DNA from: Kiritimatiellia bacterium
GTDB taxonomy: Bacteria; Verrucomicrobiota; Kiritimatiellia; RFP12; JAAYLN01
Assembly: GCA_017458965.1 (NCBI GenBank)
Contig: JAFSZJ010000098.1
Location: 1 to 41,380, forward strand
Direction: 5' to 3'
DNA length: 41,380 nucleotides
In this document: in pieces, positions 19,344 to 28,263 of the stretch
How positions within the stretch are numbered: the stretch's first letter is position 1
How the letters are laid out: the number at the start of each line of letters is the position of its first letter
Notes under the pieces: model-generated
What the model was told of the DNA's origin: nothing
Database searches by the model: none
The model's input: the letters and a program-made list of their open reading frames with translations, nothing else
Made by a program: the position numbers and the translations under genes

Positions 19344-20204
19344 TTAGGCGCCGTGGTGTTCAGGAAGTGGTGGAGGTGGCGTGGCTATGCCCGCCTCGAC
19401 ACGCTGTCGGACGGCCTCGAACAGCAGGATGGTCGTGGCAGCGGACACGTTCAGGGAATCCGCTACGCCAAGCATGGGGATGCGCACTCGCATGTCCGCC
19501 TCATTCATCCATTTGTCCGTGAGCCCGAACTGCTCGTTGCCAACCACCAGGGCCACATCACGAGTGAGATCAAGCTGGAAATGGAGTGCGTCGGCATGAG
19601 GTGTTGCGGCAAGGATACCGAAGCCCCTTGCCTTGAGGAAGTCCAGGCATTCGTCCGTGGAGCATTCAACAACGGGCATTGAGAAGATCACGCCTGTCGA
19701 GGCGCGCACGACGTTGGGGTTGTAGATGTCGGTGCACTTGTCGCAGACGATGACCGCAGCGGCGCCGGCGGCGTCCGCAGAACGGAGAATCGTCCCGAGG
19801 TTGCCTGGCTTCTCGATGGTCTCGGCGACAATCAAGAGCGAGCGTGGCGGGAGATCTAGATCATCCAGAGATCGTTTCGGCTGCGGTCCTACGGCAAGAA
19901 GCCCTTCCGGTCTTTCGCGGTAAGCGATCTTCAGGAACACAGGCGCAGAGCAGGATATTATTTCAGCCCCACGTTCCTTGGCTCTTTCGATGAGCGTAGG
20001 CTCGTTGACGCCTTTGAGGAAGAGCTCCTCGCAGAAGAAGAGACGGACCGGCGACCAGCCATGGTCGAGTCCGCGCTTTATCTCGCGGTAGCCCTCCGCG
20101 ATCATCAGCCCTTCGTCATCGCGATGGGAGCGCTGACGCAACCTCACCACATCCTTGATCTTGGGATTGGCGAGACTCGTGATATCCAGGTCGGAGGCGA
20201 TCAT
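19344..20204 (-). CDS. TrmH/SpoU family RNA 2'-O-methyltransferase
   Basis: ITSLANPKIK, EKPGNLGTILRSADA, VGNEQFG and IPMLGVADSLNVS. Confidence 0.93.
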   Translation of the reverse strand: MIASDLDITSLANPKIKDVVRLRQRSHRDDEGLMIAEGYREIKRGLDHGWSPVRLFFCEELFLKGVNEPTLIERAKERGAEIISCSAPVFLKIAYRERPEGLLAVGPQPKRSLDDLDLPPRSLLIVAETIEKPGNLGTILRSADAAGAAAVIVCDKCTDIYNPNVVRASTGVIFSMPVVECSTDECLDFLKARGFGILAATPHADALHFQLDLTRDVALVVGNEQFGLTDKWMNEADMRVRIPMLGVADSLNVSAATTILLFEAVRQRVEAGIATPPPPLPEHHGA

Positions 20205-20225
20205 CTGGCTTGCGCCCTTTGGTGT

Positions 20226-20462
20226 CTACGCCATCGGAGGCAGTTCCTCGGTGGCCTTCGCGGAGCCACCCGCCTCGCGGCGGATGACCTCGATGCGGCG
20301 CTCGACCTCTCCAAGCCGTTCGTTGCAGGACTTGACGAGCTTCTGGCCGCGCTCAAAGGCCGCGACCATCTCGTCGAGTCCCATCTCGCCGCCCTCCATG
20401 GCCTCGACGAGCTTTTCCAACTCGCCTATGGCTTCCTCGAAAGACTGCTTTTTCTTCTCCAT
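20226..20462 (-). CDS. xseB: Exodeoxyribonuclease VII small subunit
   Basis: SFEEAIGELEKLVEAMEGGEMGLDEMVAAFERGQKL...VERRI; GGAG upstream of ATG 20462. Confidence 0.92.
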   Translation of the reverse strand: MEKKKQSFEEAIGELEKLVEAMEGGEMGLDEMVAAFERGQKLVKSCNERLGEVERRIEVIRREAGGSAKATEELPPMA

Positions 20463-20482
20463 GTTCTGCTCCAAGCGGAACA

Positions 20483-20488
20483 ATTCTA
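20483..20488 (-). promoter_or_regulatory. Possible -10 (TAGAAT) overlapping the GT4 stop, upstream of xseB
   Basis: TGTGTAGAAT about 20 nt before the xseB ATG. Confidence 0.35.
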
Positions 20489-21520
20489 CACAAAACCGGC
20501 GTCATCCTGCATCACGGGATCGAAATCGCGCCGCAGAAGCCTTTCCACACGATCGGCCCAGGCCTTCGCCGAATATCGCTCCGCCTGTTCCTGCGCCTTC
20601 ATCGAGACATGCCGTCTCTCATCCGGCGTCATGCGATGAACACGGATCATCGCATCGCGAAGGGCGCTGATATTGTCGCTCGGGAAGACGATCGCAGGGG
20701 CGGCGTCGTCCACGAAGCCGCAGGCGTCGGAGGCGATGACGGCAAGACCTGCGCTCATCGCCTCAAGGGCGCAGATGCCCCAGGTCTCCCTCCTGCTCGG
20801 AAGGATCAGCGAGGCATGGGCGCCGATCAAGGCCGGCATCCTCGAAGGTGGCGCGAAACCAAGGCGACGCACCCCTGCGGCATTCGGGACCTCGACATCC
20901 CCGGCGCCTACTATGTCAAGATCCCATGGATCATTGACCGCCTCGCGATACTGCGCGTAGGCCGCAAACAACACATCGAGCGCCTTCTCCTCGGATAGCC
21001 GCCCGGAGAAGACAAAGCCCTTCTCCGCGACGCCGGCATCCTTGAAACGTTCCCAGCCGCTTGGATTGCACCCTGTGGCTATCCGGCCCTTGAAGCCCAA
21101 CCACTCCGCATATCTCAACGTCCTTTTTCCGGGTATGAAGACGGCGTCATATCGCCGTAGGCGAGGCCACAATGCCCAGCGGGCAATGAACTTCCTTAAA
21201 GTCCTTTCCCAGGGCATCTCGAAAGTGAGGATCCTGCGGCAGCGGAAATCGGCGGTAGCGGCGCGTCTGGCGAGAGGCGTGCTCCACCCTCCCACAATCA
21301 CGGCGTCAGGCCGGAAGGAGCGTATCGACTCTATGGCCTGATCGAAGCCATCCGCCTCAATGCGTCGCCAGTCAAGGCCATCAAGCTCGCTGCCGTCGAA
21401 CCGGTGCTCAAGCGGGGCGGGTTCAATGAAGATGCGCAGTTCGCACCGACCGGCAAGTTCCCGCCAGCAGGCGTCCATGTAACCCGTGAAACCTGGCCAG
21501 ACTATCGCAATGCGCTTCAT
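20486..21520 (-). CDS. Glycosyltransferase family 4
   Basis: FSGRLSEEKA and LILPSRRETWGICALEAMSAGLAVIAS (E-x7-E). Confidence 0.92.
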   Translation of the reverse strand: MKRIAIVWPGFTGYMDACWRELAGRCELRIFIEPAPLEHRFDGSELDGLDWRRIEADGFDQAIESIRSFRPDAVIVGGWSTPLARRAATADFRCRRILTFEMPWERTLRKFIARWALWPRLRRYDAVFIPGKRTLRYAEWLGFKGRIATGCNPSGWERFKDAGVAEKGFVFSGRLSEEKALDVLFAAYAQYREAVNDPWDLDIVGAGDVEVPNAAGVRRLGFAPPSRMPALIGAHASLILPSRRETWGICALEAMSAGLAVIASDACGFVDDAAPAIVFPSDNISALRDAMIRVHRMTPDERRHVSMKAQEQAERYSAKAWADRVERLLRRDFDPVMQDDAGFV

Positions 21521-22482
21521 TTGGCCTGACCTAGCTCCGCAAGGGCGTCCGTCACCTCGCCAAGGAGATCATCGCGCCCGGTTTCGCGAAGTATCTGGGC
21601 GAGCCGTTCAAGGGTGAGGGACGAGACCGGGACGTCGGACGGGTCCTCGCGGCATGTCTCAAGGCAAAACGCCACAAGCCCGTGCGAGATGCCGGGGCTC
21701 GGCGCAGTCGAGAAGACGCCTTTCGACACATCTCCGGTGAACTCCCCGGCAAGGGCGAGCGAAAGGGCGTTCTGCCGCACCATCCTTCGCGCCGCGTCAC
21801 GCTCGAAGCCCGGTTTGGCGACCGCGATCGCGCGCCAAGCCCAATAAATCGCATGCGATGGCGCGAGACGCCAGTCAAGGGGTCCGAAAAAGCCTTCTAT
21901 CTCAGCGACCGTCGCTGCGTCGAGCTTGAATCCCGGACCTTCGCCGATCACCTTCTCGCGTGACGCGAACTCGGCCGCCAGATTCAGACGGTACACCAAA
22001 GCCGCGGGATCGCCGTCGGATCCGATCTTGTTCTGATATAACCACCCCAGCTCGCGGCAAAGGCGCGGCGAGGAGGGGTTGGCAGGAATCGCCTTGTGCT
22101 CAAGCAGGTCGATGCCGGCCTTGACCCATTGTAGGCGCGTCCTGCCGTCCTGTATCATGGCCGTCACGTTGTAGGCGAGGTTCCAGGCGTTGAAGACCCA
22201 GGCGTCGATTGCCTTGGGGTCAAGCGCGGTGATCCAGTCGGAAAGCTGCACCAGCTCAAAATAGCGGCCCTCCTCCTGAAGCTCCCCTGCGCGGATCCAC
22301 AGGATCTCCGAAAGCACCCCGCGGAACCCGCCGAACGCCACCATGACGTACCTGACCCATGCGGTCTCGGTCCCCTCCCCCGGCGTCTTGGCTCGCATTT
22401 CGCGAAGCGCCCTGGAAGTCGGAACGGCGGCGGCAAGGCCGGCCACGATCAGTACGGCAGGAATGACTCCGCGCCATTTCAT
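21517..22482 (-). CDS. Membrane-anchored helical/TPR-like protein (IRE/XapA-like) of ABC-2 module
   Basis: N-terminal TM; FGGFRG..ILW, WITALDP, WVFNAWNLAYNV and ELGWLYQNKIG. ATGA-coupled to both neighbours. Confidence 0.65.
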   Translation of the reverse strand: MKWRGVIPAVLIVAGLAAAVPTSRALREMRAKTPGEGTETAWVRYVMVAFGGFRGVLSEILWIRAGELQEEGRYFELVQLSDWITALDPKAIDAWVFNAWNLAYNVTAMIQDGRTRLQWVKAGIDLLEHKAIPANPSSPRLCRELGWLYQNKIGSDGDPAALVYRLNLAAEFASREKVIGEGPGFKLDAATVAEIEGFFGPLDWRLAPSHAIYWAWRAIAVAKPGFERDAARRMVRQNALSLALAGEFTGDVSKGVFSTAPSPGISHGLVAFCLETCREDPSDVPVSSLTLERLAQILRETGRDDLLGEVTDALAELGQAK

Positions 22483-23807
22483 TCGGGAAGCTCCCTTCGC
22501 GAAAGGATCAGGGAGAACACGGCGAAAAGCACGGCCGGTATGGCCACGCAGTTTGAGAGCAACGCCTTGGCCAAGTCGCGAGACGGTATCCACTCCGATG
22601 CCGAAAGGCGCGAAAGCGGATCTGCGTCGAGGGCGTTCCGCGAGACGAACGCGATGGCGCTCGTCACCGCAAGGGAGGCATGGTACTCCACGCGATGGAC
22701 CGGTCCATGTATCTCGCCCGGCTCCACATCGAAGACGTATCCGTCCCTTACGACCCAATCGCTGCTGACGGCCGAGATCACAGCGCATATCGCGGCAAAC
22801 ACCGCGACCGGCAGCGAGAACACCGCGCCAAGCGCGACGCCGAACGCCGAAAGTAGGGCGAGGACCGACAAAAGCACAAGGTACGCGCGCACCATGTTGG
22901 CGGGCAGCGACCCAGCCGCGAGGAGAAGGACTATTCCCCGCCTTGGCTGGAGGACTATCGCCGGGGCGTCTTTGGGGGATGTATTGGAAATGTCGAGCCG
23001 CAACTCTCCGTCCAACAGCGGTGCCGAGTCAAAGCGGAGCGGCGCGTCCACGCCCTGAGGCGGAAAATCATCGACCACGAACGCAAGGCTTTCCTCGCCG
23101 GAACCATTCGCGGCGGGACGCGAGAGGGAACATGACGCCGACGACGGCGCATCGGATATGAGCTTCGCACGGAGCCAGAATCTTTCGCCGGCGGCGGGAA
23201 GGCGTCGCGGACGGAATGCGAAGGTCGTCGAACCATGCAGCGTTATGGCCGCATTCGGGGCGCGGCGCAGAAGCGTCGCCCGCAGACGGCGGCGACCGGC
23301 CGGGTCAAGGTTCTCCGACACCTCAGCCGATGCCAGGATCCGTTCCACCTGCTCCTCGACGGGCGGAAGGTCCGGACCAACAAGCTCCTTGGCCACGCCA
23401 ATTGCGGAATCCTTGTCCATGCCGCGCAAGGCTATGTGCGCCCACGATATGACAAAGGCCACTGCGAGGAGCGATCCAAGAAGGAGCATCACTCCTAGCC
23501 ACTTCCCAAGCAGAAGCTGCCACATTCGTATGGGTTTGACGCGGGCGAGCTGAAGCGTGCGGCGTCTCACGCCACCTGCCACCGCGGCCGAGGCGATCCA
23601 TGGGGAAGCGAAAGCAAGGATGCCGAAAGTGGCGGCAAGGGGGTATAGCAGTATCATCCGCGCCACGCCAGGCTCCGAGCCGTCCCCGACAAGGGCGAGC
23701 GGGAGGAAGGCCGCGACGGAGGCAACTATCAGGAAGAGGGAAAGCGCGACCTTCGATCGCACATTCTCCCTGAAGGAGAGCACCGCCATTGACAGAACCT
23801 TGATCAT
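22479..23807 (-). CDS. ABC-2 type transporter permease with extracytoplasmic domain
   Basis: AVLSFRENVRSK, RRRTLQLARVKPIRMWQLLLGKWLG, C-terminal LSRRELP and multiple TMs. Confidence 0.8.
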   Translation of the reverse strand: MIKVLSMAVLSFRENVRSKVALSLFLIVASVAAFLPLALVGDGSEPGVARMILLYPLAATFGILAFASPWIASAAVAGGVRRRTLQLARVKPIRMWQLLLGKWLGVMLLLGSLLAVAFVISWAHIALRGMDKDSAIGVAKELVGPDLPPVEEQVERILASAEVSENLDPAGRRRLRATLLRRAPNAAITLHGSTTFAFRPRRLPAAGERFWLRAKLISDAPSSASCSLSRPAANGSGEESLAFVVDDFPPQGVDAPLRFDSAPLLDGELRLDISNTSPKDAPAIVLQPRRGIVLLLAAGSLPANMVRAYLVLLSVLALLSAFGVALGAVFSLPVAVFAAICAVISAVSSDWVVRDGYVFDVEPGEIHGPVHRVEYHASLAVTSAIAFVSRNALDADPLSRLSASEWIPSRDLAKALLSNCVAIPAVLFAVFSLILSRRELPE

Positions 23808-23854
23808 CCCAGTCCTATGCCCTTATAGCATTCGGAATCTCGGTGGCCGGACCT

Positions 23855-24778
23855 TCATTTCCCCAGGAACGGCGCCAGAGAGGCGGTCCGCACCCGTCCG
23901 CCGCCCTCCTCGGCGTCCGACTCCCGCACAACATCGAGGAAGAACGTTTCGAGGTCGATGCGCGGGCTATCGACCGACACAGCTTTGCCCGTGGCCTTTT
24001 CAAGAGCCGCCTTCGCCGGAGTCTCGTCGCCGCGACGAAGGCCGGGGACCGTGAATCGTATCGCGTCGGGACGCGACAGCAGTTCGTCTATGCGCCCCTC
24101 GGCTCTGAGGAGTCCGTCGGATATTATGGCGACGCGGTCGCAGACATCCTCGACGTCCGCGAGGAGATGCGACGTCATGAAGACCGTCTTGCCGGCGGAT
24201 GAAAGCGCACGGATCCAGTCCTTGACGTCACGCGAAGCGATCGGATCAAGACCGGACGTCGGCTCGTCCAGTATCAGAAGCTCGGGGTCGTTTATCAGCG
24301 CCTGCGCGAAGCCGACGCGCCTCGCCATGCCCTTGGAGAACTGGGAGATCTCCATATCCGCGACTTTGGAGAGTCCGACCATCTCCAGAAGCTGGGCCGA
24401 GCGCTCACGGGTCGTGGCACCGTCAAGGCCGAACAGACCCGCGTAGTAGCGAAGAGTTTCACGCGGAGTCAGGAACCGATGCAAGTTCGAGACTTCCGGC
24501 AGATAGCCGATCCTTCTCTTGACGGCGACATCGTCAGGGGAGTGGGAGAGTACACGGACGCTGCCGGAAGTCGGGCGGACAAGCCCGAGGACGATCTTGA
24601 TGGTGGTGCTCTTCCCTGATCCATTCGGACCAAGAAGCCCGAAGACCTCCCCACGCGATACGGATAGATCCAAACCGCGAAGCGCCTGCGTCCTCGGCCT
24701 TCTCCAAAAGTCAAGGTAGGTCTTCGCAAGGCCTCGGATGCTTATTGCCGCATCCTTGCCGATGTCATCTTGCCCCAT
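23855..24778 (-). CDS. ABC transporter ATP-binding protein (PilH/XapD-like)
   Basis: Walker A GPNGSGKST, signature FSKGM, Walker B LILDEP and H-loop; GGAG before ATG 24778. Confidence 0.92.
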   Translation of the reverse strand: MGQDDIGKDAAISIRGLAKTYLDFWRRPRTQALRGLDLSVSRGEVFGLLGPNGSGKSTTIKIVLGLVRPTSGSVRVLSHSPDDVAVKRRIGYLPEVSNLHRFLTPRETLRYYAGLFGLDGATTRERSAQLLEMVGLSKVADMEISQFSKGMARRVGFAQALINDPELLILDEPTSGLDPIASRDVKDWIRALSSAGKTVFMTSHLLADVEDVCDRVAIISDGLLRAEGRIDELLSRPDAIRFTVPGLRRGDETPAKAALEKATGKAVSVDSPRIDLETFFLDVVRESDAEEGGGRVRTASLAPFLGK

Positions 24779-24815
24779 TGGAACTCCAAACCCGGACTCA
24801 TCCGGCAACATGCGA

Positions 24816-24868
24816 ATCGTACCACAGATCATTCGCCATTCGCCAAAGGAGAACGCATATGGTAGTAT
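24816..24868. promoter_or_regulatory. Divergent extended -10 candidates (TGGTACGAT minus; TGGTAGTAT plus)
   Basis: Two TGG-TAnnnT motifs pointing outward in the divergent intergenic region. Confidence 0.45.
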
Positions 24869-24914
24869 CTGGACATGCGCTTTAGTGCGCATGCAATTCA
24901 AGGAGGTTGAGGAT

Positions 24915-25439
24915 ATGTTCAAGTGCAGGACAATCATTGCGGCGGCCATGGCGGTCCTCTTCGCAGGTGCGGCGATGGCGCTGGACGCATACTATGTCGT
25001 GGCTATCACGAGCATGACCGGGGAGAAAACCTACGAGGTCATGGACAAGGAGCGGTTGGCGGCGTTCAAGAAGCAGATAGCCCTTGAAGCGCGCTTCTTC
25101 ATGAAGGCTGTATCCAACGTGCAGAAGGAGTGGATGTCTCCGGAGCGCAAGGACTCGCACCAGTACCGTTGGCAGGGCCAGAAGCTGAAGCCGCGCGCCG
25201 CGAGGGAGTCGCAGCCGTACACGAGCCAGGAGAAGGCGACCGAAAAGGCCGACAAGATGATGGACAAGGCGCTCGGCCTAGACGACCCGAAGAAGAAGAA
25301 ACGGACAAAGCTCTCCGAGAAGGAGGAGGAGAAACTCTACAAGGAGAGGATGCGCAAGCAGGAGCTCGACGAGCTTGCGGCCGAAGTCCAGAAGGAGATC
25401 GACTCCCTAATCGCCGCCGCAGCAGCCGCGACCAAGTAA
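24915..25439 (+). CDS. Hypothetical secreted Lys/Glu-rich protein
   Basis: AGGAGG upstream, signal peptide MFKCRTIIAAAMAVLFAGAAMA and charged helical body. Confidence 0.75.
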   Translation: MFKCRTIIAAAMAVLFAGAAMALDAYYVVAITSMTGEKTYEVMDKERLAAFKKQIALEARFFMKAVSNVQKEWMSPERKDSHQYRWQGQKLKPRAARESQPYTSQEKATEKADKMMDKALGLDDPKKKKRTKLSEKEEEKLYKERMRKQELDELAAEVQKEIDSLIAAAAAATK

Positions 25440-25449
25440 TGGACATGCG

Positions 25450-26130
25450 ATGAAGATCGCCGATCTACCATCCGTCGTCCGCCGGCTCAAGGACGACTAC
25501 AATTCGCACCGCGCTCCCATCATGGAGCTTGTGGCGGAGCAGACGAACGACCCTTTCCGCGTACTAGTCGGAACAATACTCAGCGCCCGCACGAAGGACG
25601 CATGCACGGCGGGCGCATGCCGTAGGCTCTTCGCGAAGGCCACTACCCCGGAGGAGCTGGACGCCCTGTCCGAGGAAGAGGTGAAGTCGCTGATATACCC
25701 GGTGGGATTCTCCGCCACGAAGGCGCGGATGCTGAAGAGGCTGCCGTCAGTTCTGCGCGAGCGCTTCGGCGGCGTGCTGCCGGACGATGTCGAGAGCCTC
25801 TGCGAGCTGCCAGGCGTCGGCCGCAAGACGGCGAACCTCGTCGTGGCGCTTGGCTTCAACAAGCCGGCGATATGCGTGGACGTCCATGTCCATCGCATAT
25901 CGAACCGCTTCGGCCTCATCAGCACACAGACGCCGCTCGAGACGGAGATGACCCTGCGGCGCATCCTGCCAGTCCGCTACTGGCAGACGTGGAACAGCTA
26001 CCTAGTCGCCTTCGGACAGACACGGTGCTCGCCGCGCAACCCGAAATGCCAGGGCTGCCCCATCGTGCGCTGGTGCGACTACGGCGCTACTCGAGTTCAA
26101 CAAGCGCCAGCGAAGGGCCGTCGGGCGTAG
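25450..26130 (+). CDS. nth: Endonuclease III (HhH-GPD, 4Fe-4S)
   Basis: PFRVLVGTILSA, LPGVGRKTAN, VDVHVHRI and C-x6-C-x2-C-x5-C. Confidence 0.95.
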   Translation: MKIADLPSVVRRLKDDYNSHRAPIMELVAEQTNDPFRVLVGTILSARTKDACTAGACRRLFAKATTPEELDALSEEEVKSLIYPVGFSATKARMLKRLPSVLRERFGGVLPDDVESLCELPGVGRKTANLVVALGFNKPAICVDVHVHRISNRFGLISTQTPLETEMTLRRILPVRYWQTWNSYLVAFGQTRCSPRNPKCQGCPIVRWCDYGATRVQQAPAKGRRA

Positions 26131-28144
26131 AGATCTCGCGGGCCCCGTAATTCACATGGACCGTCTCGGCTGGTTTTCCGCCGTACACGGGTTTGACGAT
26201 CTTTTCGCCAGAGGCGTTGAAGGCGACAGGCTCCTCTCCGTCGCGGACGCGCGTCCAGCCAGAGACGCGCCCAGACTTGTCGTACGCGTAGATGTCGCGC
26301 CAGTCCTTTGGCAGCGATATCTCGGGATCGACGTACCGTGACCTCCCGGAGGCGTAATCCACCCCGAGGATTTGATGGTCCTGCGAATATGTCCTGTTCT
26401 CGTTGGCGAGGAAGAAGCAGGAGAAGAAAGCCGCGGGCGAGTAATGGGTGCCGTCATCGGCTATCAGCGCGATCTCCACGCGGGATGACGGCATTCCGAA
26501 CGGGGTGTCGAACGGGGCCTCATGGTAGTCGATCTCGACATCGACGACCCTGCGGGTGTCATCGTGCGGCTTTATGCGTATCTTGTCGTTGTCGCCCTGG
26601 ATGATGACCCAGTGATACGCGAGCTTCGTGTCGGCGCGGGGGTTGACGGGCATGGCCTCAAGCGTGTACTTGCGCGTGTATGCCATGCCGCGGAAGACGC
26701 GGCAGATCGCGAACGGCGTCTCGGCAAGTGCTTCGCCGCGCGCCAGATCGAAGTAATCCACGCCCGGCGTCTTGTCGGCACCCTCCTCGCCTATCATGCG
26801 GAGGGCCACCATCGGGGGCAACGAGTTTGTGGTGAGGGAGTGCGCCGCCTCGACCAGGCGGACGAGGTCGATCCTGTCGCCGTTCATGACGATGGGATGC
26901 GACGATGGCACAAGGTAGTCGGTACGGCGGAAGATGTCCTTCTGCGAAGAGTAGATCAGGTAGCGCAGGACGGGAGCGACCAGATGGGCGCGCACCAGGC
27001 GCTCCTTCGTCTCAGGCCTCAACGCCGCGAGCGCGGCGGCGAGGGCGTTCATGATCGGTCTGTCGGTCCAGGATGATCCATGCGATATGTAGATGTACGG
27101 CGTGCGGGAGGGGAATACATCACCGGCAATTGTCGGGAGGTAGTCATGGTGCTGCGGGTACACGTACATCTCGTTGTTGAGGTACTGCTGGACGAGATAT
27201 CGCATGTTCTGGCCAAGCGCGTTGCGGGCCGTGCTGCGCCATGCAGGGCCCTGCGTCAACGCCGTCGAGCTGTTTCCGATCACGGTCTGGCCCGCGAAGG
27301 TTATCAGCGTCGCGCCCATGTTGTCGATGCCGTTCGACACGGCCTCCTGCCCGTATCTGATCGGCGTAAGGCCGGGGAACATCCTGCGGTCTATGGTTGA
27401 GTGGCCCCTGTCGAGGTTGTCGTAGAGGTCGCCCCAGTTGCCGGCCGCAGTCCCCTCCTCCTGCCAGGCGAGAAGCTTCTCGCCTGCCTTGCCGGGAAGG
27501 CGCGCGTAGAGGTTCGTCGGCATCTCGTCAGGGCGCAGCTGGATGGCGAATAGGGATATGAAGCCTCCGTTCTCCATGTCCCATGTCGTGTTGGAGGAAT
27601 CGACCCTGGCGACCTTGGGGACATCGACTTTGAACGGCCGTGTGACGCGCCTCCGCTTATCAGGATGGAGGGCAAGGTCATGAGCTTCGGCGAGGATATC
27701 CGCAAAGGTCTTCTCGCGGCGAAGGACGGCCAGGTCGGGATCCGCGGCAATGGCGTTCGAGTCCGTGAAACCGAGGCGCACGGCCTCCGCGAGAATGGCT
27801 AACGCCTCGCGTGGCTTGCCTACCCGTGTGCGGGCGCAGGCGAGGTTGTAGCGCCAGGTGGCGTCCTCGGGGAATATCCGCACGGCGTATGTCGCGATCT
27901 CATCCATCGCCCGGTAGTCGTTCTTTTCGATGGCTTTCTTCAACTGCCCTACGAGCTGCCGGTGGAGGGCATGAAGCCTCGGCATCGCGAAAACGCTGTC
28001 AGCCGGCGCGACCACTGCCGGTCCTGTCTGAGCGACCTGCGCTTGCGTCGGCGACGCAAGCATGGTCGCCGTCAAAGCCAATGAAAGCCCCGCAATGCGT
28101 ACGCCTGCGGGTATATCGAGGGAAAAGACTCTCTTCCGTTCCAT
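26087..28144 (-). CDS. Secreted hypothetical protein with N-terminal TPR-like segment
   Basis: Signal peptide; WRYNLACA...ALAILAEAVRLGF...DPDLAVLR TPR-end motif; the remainder is unrecognised. Confidence 0.7.
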   Translation of the reverse strand: MERKRVFSLDIPAGVRIAGLSLALTATMLASPTQAQVAQTGPAVVAPADSVFAMPRLHALHRQLVGQLKKAIEKNDYRAMDEIATYAVRIFPEDATWRYNLACARTRVGKPREALAILAEAVRLGFTDSNAIAADPDLAVLRREKTFADILAEAHDLALHPDKRRRVTRPFKVDVPKVARVDSSNTTWDMENGGFISLFAIQLRPDEMPTNLYARLPGKAGEKLLAWQEEGTAAGNWGDLYDNLDRGHSTIDRRMFPGLTPIRYGQEAVSNGIDNMGATLITFAGQTVIGNSSTALTQGPAWRSTARNALGQNMRYLVQQYLNNEMYVYPQHHDYLPTIAGDVFPSRTPYIYISHGSSWTDRPIMNALAAALAALRPETKERLVRAHLVAPVLRYLIYSSQKDIFRRTDYLVPSSHPIVMNGDRIDLVRLVEAAHSLTTNSLPPMVALRMIGEEGADKTPGVDYFDLARGEALAETPFAICRVFRGMAYTRKYTLEAMPVNPRADTKLAYHWVIIQGDNDKIRIKPHDDTRRVVDVEIDYHEAPFDTPFGMPSSRVEIALIADDGTHYSPAAFFSCFFLANENRTYSQDHQILGVDYASGRSRYVDPEISLPKDWRDIYAYDKSGRVSGWTRVRDGEEPVAFNASGEKIVKPVYGGKPAETVHVNYGAREISTPDGPSLALVELE

Positions 28145-28150
28145 GCGTCG

Positions 28151-28159
28151 ATTATACCA
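28151..28159 (-). promoter_or_regulatory. Extended -10 TGGTATAAT 6 nt before ATG 28144
   Basis: TGGTATAAT-cgacgc-ATG. Confidence 0.65.
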
Positions 28160-28263
28160 CCGGACTATACATTCCCATTATGATTTGGCTTGAAATCGAT
28201 CAGGGATGATGAAAAGATTGTCATGAAAACGCCGGCCACTCCGGTGGAAAGGAACGCATCAAC

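Noticed and set aside
19244-19522. ORF with VESGKWR repeats
   Set aside because: Antisense translation of the array.
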